Origin: Candidatus Saccharimonadota bacterium
Lineage (GTDB): Bacteria; Patescibacteriota; Microgenomatia; UBA1406; GWC2-37-13
Assembly: GCA_016700135.1 (NCBI GenBank)
Contig: CP065004.1
Location: 1,290,001 to 1,322,000 of the forward strand
Direction: 5' to 3'
DNA length: 32,000 bases
Part shown: piece by piece, positions 8,504 through 15,957 of the stretch
Layout of the letters: each line of letters starts with the position of its first letter
How positions within the stretch are numbered: position 1 is the stretch's first letter
Program-made: the position numbers and the translations under genes
The notes under the pieces: generated by a model
The model's input: only the letters and a program-made list of their open reading frames with translations
Databases searched by the model: none
What the model was told of the DNA's origin: nothing

Positions 8504-8510
8504 GAGTTTT

Positions 8511-9221
8511 TTATACTTTTTTATACCCCTCATCCTCAATCTTCTTCGCCAGTTCCGGCCCTCCGACCTTCACCAGTTTTCCGTTCATCATCACCAGAAC
8601 ATAATCCGGTTTCAGATGATGAAGAATACGATTGTAATGAGTTATGACAATATAAGTTTTGTCTCCTTTATATTTGGTAAGAAATTTTGAAATAGATTTT
8701 AAGGAATCAACATCGACTCCGGTATCAACTTCATCAAAAATGAGAAGCTGTTTTTCAAGAACCGCTGCCTGCAGTACTTCCATTTTTTTTCGTTCTCCTC
8801 CTGACGCTCCTTCATTCAGCGGGCGATTCAGCAATTCTTCATTGATGCCAAGTTCTTTTCCATATTTTCTTGCTTCCTCACGAATCTTCAGAGGATCTTT
8901 TTTTCCTTGAAGTGCAAGCTGCAAAAGCTGAAAAACTTTCACACCGGAAAGTGACAGCGGGGTTTGAAAAGAAAGAAAAATACCTTCTCTTGCTCTTTCA
9001 TCAGGTTCCATTTCCGAGATCTCCTCACCGTTGTACTCAATCTTTGACTCTTCACTGACTTCATATGCAGGATGACCCATAATCGAGTATGCAAGAGTAG
9101 ATTTTCCCGAACCGTTCGGTCCCATCACGGCATATGTTTTTCCTTTTTCAAATTCAAAATCGATTCCCTTGAGGATTTGTTTTTCTTCGATACTGACTTT
9201 TAGATTTTTGAGTTTTAGCAT
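8511..9221 (-). CDS. sufC: Fe-S cluster assembly ATPase SufC
   Basis: Walker A GPNGSGKSTL, signature SGGERKK and Walker B LLIFDEVDTGVD are present. Confidence 0.9.
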   Translation of the reverse strand: MLKLKNLKVSIEEKQILKGIDFEFEKGKTYAVMGPNGSGKSTLAYSIMGHPAYEVSEESKIEYNGEEISEMEPDERAREGIFLSFQTPLSLSGVKVFQLLQLALQGKKDPLKIREEARKYGKELGINEELLNRPLNEGASGGERKKMEVLQAAVLEKQLLIFDEVDTGVDVDSLKSISKFLTKYKGDKTYIVITHYNRILHHLKPDYVLVMMNGKLVKVGGPELAKKIEDEGYKKV

Positions 9222-9230
9222 AGTTTCTCA

Positions 9231-9236
9231 AGTATA
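9231..9236 (-). promoter_or_regulatory. Candidate -10 box TATACT, 9 nt upstream of the sufC ATG
   Basis: The minus strand reads TATACT-tgagaaact-ATG, directly downstream of hairpin copy B. Confidence 0.35.
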
Positions 9237-9259
9237 ACCAATAATACGGTTAAAGCGAA

Positions 9260-9354
9260 GTAATCAAAATGTGTGAAGCCGGAAAAGGCGAAACGTCAAC
9301 TGCAGATATGAACGGCCTGGGCGTGCGCCTGGAGGCAAGCACATTTTCGGTTAC
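9260..9354. repeat. Long hairpin, copy B of the repeat family seen at 4277-4356 (between the tsaD stop and the sufC promoter)
   Basis: The arms GTAATCAAAATGT (9260-9272) and ACATTTTCGGTTAC (9341-9354) carry the same bulged C as copy A. The shared flanks are AAAGCG.AGTAA on the left and GGTTACAAGC...GATGG on the right. Confidence 0.6.
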
Positions 9355-9384
9355 AAGCTCCCTTACGATGGCTAGTCTAACCGA

Positions 9385-10434
9385 TCAAAGAGATGATTGC
9401 AAGAGTGACAGTCTCGGAACCCGATCCAGTTCCTGTTCGTTTTCTACAAAAATTCCTTTTTCTGCACGCATTGCTCCGACAATCCCGATCATCGCAGCAT
9501 TATCATAGTTCAAATATTTCAGAGCAGGAAAATATGCCGAACCTCCGTGTTTTTTTGCCAGCTCCCGCATCAACTGCCTCAGGTACTGATTAACGGCAAC
9601 ACCCCCACCTACAAGAAGTCTGTTTATTCCCGTTTCCGCCATCGCCCGTTCCGTTTTCTTAATCAACGTTCTGAAGACCGCTTCCTGAAAAGAACTCGCA
9701 AGATATGCGATTTCCTTGTTTTTCTCTGTATCATCCATCTTTCTGATCTTATAAAGGAGCGCTGTTTTCAATCCGGAAAAAGAGAAATTTAAACCACCTG
9801 ATTTCATCATCGGTCTGGGAAAAACGTACTTATCGGTGTTTTCTACCTGTTTTGCCAATCTCTCAATCACCGGACCTCCCGGATATCCGAAACCAAGCAT
9901 TCTTGCCGCCTTGTCCAAGGCTTCTCCCGCTGCATCGTCGACTGTTTCTCCCAAAATGGTATATGTTAGATGGTCTTTGAATAGCACAAGTTCTGTATGA
10001 CCGCCGGAGACTAATAATCCTAGATAAGGAAACTTAAAATCGCGGTTTGGATTTCCTTTACTATTCTGTACAAAAGGAGAATACAAATGTCCTTCCATAT
10101 GATTTACCCGCACAATAGGTTTGTTGTATTTTTTCGAAAGTTCCAAAGCATATCTTATCCCGACTTCAAGGGCAATAGCCAGTCCCGGACCGTAGGTCAC
10201 GGCAACGGCATCTACATCGCTCATTTGTAATTTTGATTTCCTGACAGCTTCATCAACAACCCATCCGATCCGTTCCTCATGTGCACGCCGGGCAATGGAC
10301 GGGACAACCCCTCCCCATTCTTTATGCATCAAGACCTGAGAATAGATGACATTCGAAAGCACACGTCGACCCGAGACGACTGCTGCAGCCGTTTCGTCAC
10401 AGGAAGTATCGATTGCAAGTACGGTTTTTGACAT
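9385..10434 (-). CDS. tsaD: tRNA N6-adenosine threonylcarbamoyltransferase TsaD
   Basis: AIDTSCDETAAAV, the metal motif VNHMEGH and the ASKHA fold signatures are present. 349 aa. Confidence 0.9.
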   Translation of the reverse strand: MSKTVLAIDTSCDETAAAVVSGRRVLSNVIYSQVLMHKEWGGVVPSIARRAHEERIGWVVDEAVRKSKLQMSDVDAVAVTYGPGLAIALEVGIRYALELSKKYNKPIVRVNHMEGHLYSPFVQNSKGNPNRDFKFPYLGLLVSGGHTELVLFKDHLTYTILGETVDDAAGEALDKAARMLGFGYPGGPVIERLAKQVENTDKYVFPRPMMKSGGLNFSFSGLKTALLYKIRKMDDTEKNKEIAYLASSFQEAVFRTLIKKTERAMAETGINRLLVGGGVAVNQYLRQLMRELAKKHGGSAYFPALKYLNYDNAAMIGIVGAMRAEKGIFVENEQELDRVPRLSLLQSSL

Positions 10435-10439
10435 ATCGT

Positions 10440-10445
10440 ATTATA
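10440..10445 (-). promoter_or_regulatory. Candidate -10 box TATAAT, 5 nt upstream of the tsaD ATG
   Basis: The minus strand reads TATAAT-acgat-ATG. Confidence 0.4.
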
Positions 10446-10465
10446 CCCTATCAGGAAAGGATAAA

Positions 10466-11386
10466 TTACTCTTTTGAGAATGCGGAACCTAATCGCCTGG
10501 TGCTGATTACAGCATCATCAACGTAAACGGTAAACGCAGAAGGTGAAATTCCGGCACCGTAACTGTTGACACTCCAGCTATTGAAACTGTCCTCAAATTT
10601 CGTACGTACTCCGTCAATGTTATAAATTTCCTGCCCGTCCTGCCAGACAATTATCTGCCCGTCAAAGCCGCTTGACTGGCTGAGGAACATCTCAAGATGA
10701 ACCCACTGTTTTGCCGGAACATTCAAAGGAGATGAAGTAAACTGCTTTGATGTGATACTGTCTTCAGCCATAGGACCGGCAACCGCTCCTTCGCCGCCTT
10801 TCCAGCTCAGTTATAAGTATTGTTCACCATTTTCCCGGGACATCAATCGTACGGACCAAAATACAGCGCTTGGTCCCCCAATTTGGGAATTTTTTTTTGC
10901 CTTAAACTGCATGATATTTGTCCATCCGTTCACCTCATATTGTTCCGGGAAATAAAGCCAGGCACTGTAATAATAGTCTTCTCCGGATCGGGCTTCCGGG
11001 TATCTGAACTGACGGCATCCTGAATGAGGAAACCAACTGCCAATCGTCATTTTGAGCGAATATTTCCCGCTATGAGCTACATCCGTACTGACACCGTTTT
11101 TCGGTCGGATACACAGGCCCGAATCCTGCCACGTTTGCTCGCTTTTGCGTGACATCCACTTCGTAGCATCTCCCGTTTCATGATCTGCGTACCATACGAC
11201 ATGACCTGTGCTTTCCTGAGGAGCGGAATTCTGAAAAGTGTTTGAGTCATATCTTTCCGAAAGTGAAACATCCGGAGCCAATAACTTGTCATAGATTGTC
11301 AGAATTATCAGAATCATAAAAACAGCGAGGATCAGTTTCTTTTGCTTGCCAATTGCGGAGGATATGTTCGAAAACAATGAAGACAT
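10466..11386 (-). pseudogene. Membrane-anchored ConA/LamG-like jelly-roll (polysaccharide-lyase-like) protein, interrupted by a single in-frame TAA
   Basis: Track ORFs 10811-11386 and 10466-10771 are in the same frame. Only the stop at 10811-10813 separates them, and the 13 codons between them are open: ...ENGEQYL*LSWKGGEGAVAGPMAEDS... The protein has an N-terminal TM segment (LILAVFMILIILTIY). Confidence 0.6.
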
Positions 11387-11395
11387 AGTTTTATC

Positions 11396-11401
11396 ATACT
11401 A
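11396..11401 (-). promoter_or_regulatory. Candidate -10 box TAGTAT, 9 nt upstream of the jelly-roll gene ATG
   Basis: The minus strand reads TAGTAT-gataaaact-ATG. Confidence 0.3.
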
Positions 11402-11425
11402 TGTTTTAGGAAACACATCAGCAAC

Positions 11426-12505
11426 TCATTCTTTTATTTCTATTTCCCGTTCAGTTTCACTCTTGTGTCTTATCTCGACAAAAATGACCTGCGCCTTTTG
11501 TTTAAACGTCTCGTAGAGTTTTCCGAGTTTTTCTCCCCACTCGACAACCATAATTGAAGGCTTATCAACATAATCTTCGAGACTGAGGTTTTCAAACTCC
11601 TGAGGATCGGTGATATTGTAAAGATCGGCATGAACAAACCGTTCATACTTCAATTTATTTCCTTCAGGAATATCATATTCGTAATATACGACAAATGTAG
11701 GGGAGACTACTTTCTCAATGCCTAAAAACCGTGCAATTCCGCGGGACATTTCCGTTTTCCCGGTACCGAGGTCTCCTTTTAAAATAATTACTACGGGCTT
11801 TCCCGATGCTTTTTTCATTGTTTTATCGATGATAAATTCACCGATTTTTTGTGTTTGCTCAGGAGATTTCGAAAGATACAAATCCTTTTTATCAAAGAGT
11901 ATTTCCCCCTCCCGCAGTGTTTTTGTCTCATCACCGGTCAGATCAACTACGGTTGAAGGTTTGTTTCTCGGAAGTTTTCCTGCATCAACAATAAGATCTA
12001 TCAGTTCTTCTTTCTTTTTCGGAAGCTGATGTAAGAAAGACTCAATAGAATAATGAGGATTACTTCCGCCGAGATTGGCAGAGGTCGCCGTGACGGGTGA
12101 TCGATACTTCTCGATCAATTCATTTACCGGTGCGAAATCCGGAATACGTATCCCCAATGTCCCCGTTTCGGATTCCAGTGCGGGAACAAGAATATGTTTT
12201 GACGGTAAAACAACAGTGAACGGACCAGGAAGAATGGTCTCAAGCAGTGATTGCTGCTTTTCAGACAATGTTGAATACTTTTCAATCATTTCCATATCCC
12301 GTACAAAAACGGAAATCGCTTTGCCGGGAGGACGGTTTTTGAAAGCAATAAGTTTATCGACTGCCCGTTCCTGAGTGGAGTCCACAAGAAGCCCGTACAC
12401 TGTATCTGATGGAAATACGATAAGCCCTCCGTTTTTGAGTGTTTTAACGGTTTCATTTATTACGAAATCTTTACTTTCTTTTGTTAAGTTTAGTATGCGT
12501 GTCAT
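11426..12505 (-). CDS. tsaC-tsaE: Fusion of L-threonylcarbamoyladenylate synthase (TsaC/YrdC domain) with the t6A ATPase TsaE
   Basis: YrdC motifs are GGLIVFPSDTVYGLLVD, KNRPPGKAISVFV, LPGPFTVVLP and ATSANLGG. They are followed by a TsaE module: LKGDLGTGKTEMSRGIARFLG, SPTFVVYYEY, HADLYN and VVEWGEKL. The start is set at ATG 12505. The longer track ORF overlaps the ftsH N-terminus on the opposite strand. Confidence 0.8.
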   Translation of the reverse strand: MTRILNLTKESKDFVINETVKTLKNGGLIVFPSDTVYGLLVDSTQERAVDKLIAFKNRPPGKAISVFVRDMEMIEKYSTLSEKQQSLLETILPGPFTVVLPSKHILVPALESETGTLGIRIPDFAPVNELIEKYRSPVTATSANLGGSNPHYSIESFLHQLPKKKEELIDLIVDAGKLPRNKPSTVVDLTGDETKTLREGEILFDKKDLYLSKSPEQTQKIGEFIIDKTMKKASGKPVVIILKGDLGTGKTEMSRGIARFLGIEKVVSPTFVVYYEYDIPEGNKLKYERFVHADLYNITDPQEFENLSLEDYVDKPSIMVVEWGEKLGKLYETFKQKAQVIFVEIRHKSETEREIEIKE

Positions 12506-12573
12506 ACGCACGAAAAATACGATAATTATTAGCAGTTGTAACTCTGGTCCGCTTGTATATTCTAACAAAGATC

Positions 12574-12582
12574 TGATAGAAT
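12574..12582 (+). promoter_or_regulatory. Candidate extended -10 (TGaTAGAAT), 8 nt upstream of the ftsH ATG
   Basis: The plus strand reads TGATAGAAT-agtgcggt-ATG. A possible -35 TTGTAT lies 18 nt upstream. Confidence 0.4.
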
Positions 12583-12590
12583 AGTGCGGT

Positions 12591-14513
12591 ATGAAAAAAC
12601 CAAAAAAAACTGAAAAGAATATGCCAAAGATGAAAGAAATTAAAGTCAATCTCGATGTGAAAACGATATTTATAATCCTGTTTGCTGGATTCTTCATATA
12701 TACACTTCTCTCTCCTTTCATCCATACTCAAACTGCCTCAAAAGAAAAATCTCTGACTGAAATCATAAGTGATATAAAAAAAAAGAGTGTAGATAAGGTG
12801 ATCGTTGAAGATACAAAAGTCACGGCAGTCTATGACGATAATGAACAGGCAATCGCCTACATTGAGCCGGGAGATAACTTCAGACAGGTCTTGAATGATG
12901 CGGGGATACAACTCGATACGGTGAATCTGCAGGTTGAGGATACACAGAGCGGCATTGAGATGTTGCGGTTTTTGGGAAGCGTGATTCCGGCAATTTTGTT
13001 ATTCGTATTTTTCTGGTTTATCTTCAGACAGGCTCGGGGAGCGCAGGATTCTGTATTTTCATTCGGACAATCCAAAGCAAAACGTTTTAATAAAGAAACT
13101 TCAAATATCACATTCAAAGACGTTGCCGGTGTAGAAGAGGCAAAGAAAGAACTTGAAGAAGTCGTTGACTTTTTGAAAAATCCCGGTAAATACCGCAAAC
13201 TCGGCGCAAGACCGCCGAAGGGTGTCATGCTTGTCGGACCAGCCGGAACGGGTAAAACGCTTCTTGCAAAAGCAGTCGCCGGAGAAGCAAGCGTTCCGTT
13301 TTTCTCAATTGCCGGATCTGAGTTCATGGAAATGCTTGTTGGAATCGGCGCCGCACGTGCCAGAGATCTCTTTGCAAATGCCAAACAGAATGCACCTTCC
13401 ATTATTTTTATTGATGAAATTGATGCGATCGGACGAGCCCGTTCGACAGGAGTGATGTCTTCCCATGATGAACGTGAGCAGACACTCAATCAGATCCTTG
13501 TTGAGATGGACGGATTTACACCGAATGAACAAGTGGTTGTGATCGCCGCGACAAACCGAGGGGATCTTCTGGATTCTGCCCTACTCCGTCCGGGACGGTT
13601 TGACCGACGTATCCTTGTGGATTATCCTGATGTGGAAGGCCGTGCTGCAATTATTTCCATCCATGCACGAAATAAGCCGGTCGCAGATGATGTGAAATGG
13701 GAACGTGTAGCAAAAAGAACCGTCGGCTTTTCGGGCGCTGACATTGAGAATATGCTGAACGAAGCTGCAATCACAGCCGCACGTCACAACAGGGATAAAA
13801 TCATTATGGAAGATATTGAGGACGCAGCTACAAAGGTTAAACTCGGTCCTGAGAAAAAGAGACTGCAGACTGAGTACGATAAGAAGATCACCGCATATCA
13901 TGAAGCAGGTCATGCAATTGTTTCTCATTATCAGGAACATACCGATCCTGTACATCGAATCTCCATAGTCTCCCGTGGCATGGCTCTCGGATATACTCTT
14001 ATCCCGCCCGAAAGAGACAAACTCCACACATCAAAAACGGCTCTTATCGAACGCCTTGCCGTCATGATGGGCGGTCGTGCAGCCGAAGAAGTTGTGTTCA
14101 AGGAGATTACCACCGGCGCAGCAAATGATTTTGATCAGGCTACCACAATAGCCCGGAAAATGGTCATGGATTTCGGAATGAGCAGTCTCGGCCCGGTAAA
14201 TTTCGGAGCAACAACCGATATCACGGATTATCGACAGGGCTGGCAGGGCAATGATATTTCTCAGGAAATGCTTGCCAAAATCGATCATGAAGTCAGCCTG
14301 ATACTCAAAACCGCATATAAACAGGCAGTTGAACTTGTAAAAAAACATCGAAAACAGCTTGATGCGGTATCGGATGAGCTCGTCAAAAATGAAAGTATGG
14401 ATCAGGATCAGTTCGAAAAGATTGTCGGAATAAAGAAGGCCTATGAGGATAAACTCAGTGATGACCAAACCGACACCAAACCGAAAAAGTCTCCGAAAAA
14501 ATCCGAAGCCTAG
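12591..14513 (+). CDS. ftsH: ATP-dependent zinc metalloprotease FtsH
   Basis: Two N-terminal TM segments, Walker [37 protein letters not shown] and the zinc motif HEAGHA are present. The start could also be ATG 12621 or 12630. Confidence 0.9.
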   Translation: MKKPKKTEKNMPKMKEIKVNLDVKTIFIILFAGFFIYTLLSPFIHTQTASKEKSLTEIISDIKKKSVDKVIVEDTKVTAVYDDNEQAIAYIEPGDNFRQVLNDAGIQLDTVNLQVEDTQSGIEMLRFLGSVIPAILLFVFFWFIFRQARGAQDSVFSFGQSKAKRFNKETSNITFKDVAGVEEAKKELEEVVDFLKNPGKYRKLGARPPKGVMLVGPAGTGKTLLAKAVAGEASVPFFSIAGSEFMEMLVGIGAARARDLFANAKQNAPSIIFIDEIDAIGRARSTGVMSSHDEREQTLNQILVEMDGFTPNEQVVVIAATNRGDLLDSALLRPGRFDRRILVDYPDVEGRAAIISIHARNKPVADDVKWERVAKRTVGFSGADIENMLNEAAITAARHNRDKIIMEDIEDAATKVKLGPEKKRLQTEYDKKITAYHEAGHAIVSHYQEHTDPVHRISIVSRGMALGYTLIPPERDKLHTSKTALIERLAVMMGGRAAEEVVFKEITTGAANDFDQATTIARKMVMDFGMSSLGPVNFGATTDITDYRQGWQGNDISQEMLAKIDHEVSLILKTAYKQAVELVKKHRKQLDAVSDELVKNESMDQDQFEKIVGIKKAYEDKLSDDQTDTKPKKSPKKSEA

Positions 14514-14555
14514 TCTTTCCATTCGACGGTATTCAGAGTACAATAAATATCTGTT

Positions 14556-15494
14556 ATGAAAACGCTACTTCTTATAGACGCTCATGCAATGATCCACCGG
14601 GCATATCATGCCCTTCCGGATACACTTGCCACCCGTGACGGGACACCCACTGGGGCCATTTACGGGTTCTTTCTTATGATGCAGAAAGTCCTTCTGGATT
14701 TTCGGCCTACTCATCTTGCGGTATGCTTTGACACCCCGAAACCGACATTCCGCAAAAAACTGTTTGACGGATATCAGGCAAAGCGACCTCCGATGGAAGA
14801 TGCTTTGAAAGTACAGATTCCGAAAATAAAAGAGCTGTTGGACAAAGGAGGGGTGACGCGACTTGAGAAACCGGGTTTTGAAGCCGACGATATCATCGGG
14901 ACCATTAGCGAAAAGCAGAAAAGTGACTTTGACCGGGTACTTATTCTCACTGGAGACCGTGATCTCCTGCAGCTGACTGATGACAAAGTCTTTTTAATTG
15001 CACCGAAACGGGGAGTCACGAACTTTGATCTTTTTACTCCCCATGAGGTAAAAATGAAATTCGGTGTCACACCGGAACATATCCCAGATTACAAAGCATT
15101 GGCAGGAGACTCATCAGATAACTATAATACAGTTCGCGGCATAGGTCCGAAAACCGCACAGAAGCTTTTGAAGATAGAGCCGACTGTAGAAAAACTGCTT
15201 GAACACCTAGATCTTGTCGATAATGAAAAATGGCGAACAATTCTTTCGGAACACAAAGAGCAAATACTTCTTTTCAAAAAAATAGCAACCATCGTACGTG
15301 ATGTAGAGGTCAATCCGCCCAAGTCACAACTCGCATTTTCCGGTTTTCGTGACGACATGAAAGCAGAACTCAAAAAGCTGGAACTTTTTTCTCTGGTAAC
15401 TAAGCTTTATGAAAATATTGAGTTACAGCCTGTTAAAAAGGAAGAGAAGAAGAAGAAGGAGAATAACTCCGATCAAATTGATCTGTTTTCCTGA
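14556..15494 (+). CDS. Stand-alone 5'-3' exonuclease / flap endonuclease (Pol I N-terminal domain type)
   Basis: LLLIDAHAMIHRAYHAL, GFEADDIIGT, ILTGDRDLLQL and the H3TH motif GDSSDNYNTVRGIGPKTA are present. There is no polymerase domain. Confidence 0.85.
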   Translation: MKTLLLIDAHAMIHRAYHALPDTLATRDGTPTGAIYGFFLMMQKVLLDFRPTHLAVCFDTPKPTFRKKLFDGYQAKRPPMEDALKVQIPKIKELLDKGGVTRLEKPGFEADDIIGTISEKQKSDFDRVLILTGDRDLLQLTDDKVFLIAPKRGVTNFDLFTPHEVKMKFGVTPEHIPDYKALAGDSSDNYNTVRGIGPKTAQKLLKIEPTVEKLLEHLDLVDNEKWRTILSEHKEQILLFKKIATIVRDVEVNPPKSQLAFSGFRDDMKAELKKLELFSLVTKLYENIELQPVKKEEKKKKENNSDQIDLFS

Positions 15495-15539
15495 AACATT
15501 GCAACTTCCCCGAAAATCCTGTATCTTTAATACTCCCAT

Positions 15540-15947
15540 ATGATAGCCCCTGACACTCAACAAAATCTGTTATACACCATATACTTTATCCTCATTCATA
15601 ATTTTGAAGCGATTCTCTACTCTGTCGGCATTATTATTGCTTTGATCATATCTTTGTATAAGCCCTCCCGAGGTAAAATCCTGATCATGTGGGGGTTTAT
15701 TATCCTTCTTTTTGCGTTTGAATATGACAAGCACATTCTGGAACCCTTGAGACAGCAAACCATCGGATCCCTCATTACCGAGCGGCAAAGCTTTCGGATT
15801 GAGCATACGATTAATTATGTAACGATGCGTGTGTTGCCGAAGGCACTTCCGTTCTTCGGCTGGATGCTCGTCATCGGCGGGATTTTTTTTGACAAAATCA
15901 TCAAAGCGATACAGCAAAGATTGCATCACAATAAGAAAGATTTATAA
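15540..15947 (+). CDS. Hypothetical small integral membrane protein (3-4 TM)
   Basis: 135-aa ORF with hydrophobic segments and no recognisable family. TTTAAT lies 8 nt upstream of the ATG. Confidence 0.5.
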   Translation: MIAPDTQQNLLYTIYFILIHNFEAILYSVGIIIALIISLYKPSRGKILIMWGFIILLFAFEYDKHILEPLRQQTIGSLITERQSFRIEHTINYVTMRVLPKALPFFGWMLVIGGIFFDKIIKAIQQRLHHNKKDL

Positions 15948-15948
15948 T
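15943..15948 (+). promoter_or_regulatory. Candidate -10 box TATAAT, 9 nt upstream of the glmS ATG
   Basis: The plus strand reads TATAAT-acaactact-ATG. The box lies inside the 3' end of the preceding ORF. Confidence 0.4.
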
Positions 15949-15957
15949 ACAACTACT

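Noticed and set aside
9269-9508. 79-aa plus-strand ORF across the tsaD-sufC spacer (and 6928-7131 across the sufB-sufD spacer)
   Set aside because: They are composed of the palindromic repeat plus antisense of neighbouring genes. There is no start context or recognisable domain.
10811-10813. Possibility that the in-frame TAA reflects an alternative genetic code (stop reassignment)
   Set aside because: TAA clearly terminates other well-defined genes here (both oxidoreductase subunits, glmS). TGA (sufB, the Cys-rich ORF) and TAG (alaS, ftsH) also act as stops. The standard code fits every conserved gene.
12506-12721. 72-codon hydrophobic N-terminal extension of the TsaC-TsaE ORF, suggesting a membrane anchor
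   Set aside because: The extension overlaps, in antisense, the ftsH start and its first TM segment, which FtsH needs. The YrdC domain begins right after the internal ATG at 12505. The hydrophobicity is a mirror of the ftsH TM codons.
12857-14543. Long minus-strand ORFs (210, 148 and 170 aa) antisense to ftsH
   Set aside because: They lie entirely inside a gene with unmistakable FtsH motifs on the plus strand. Their translations are low-complexity or Ser/Cys-rich with no recognisable motifs. They are typical shadow ORFs.
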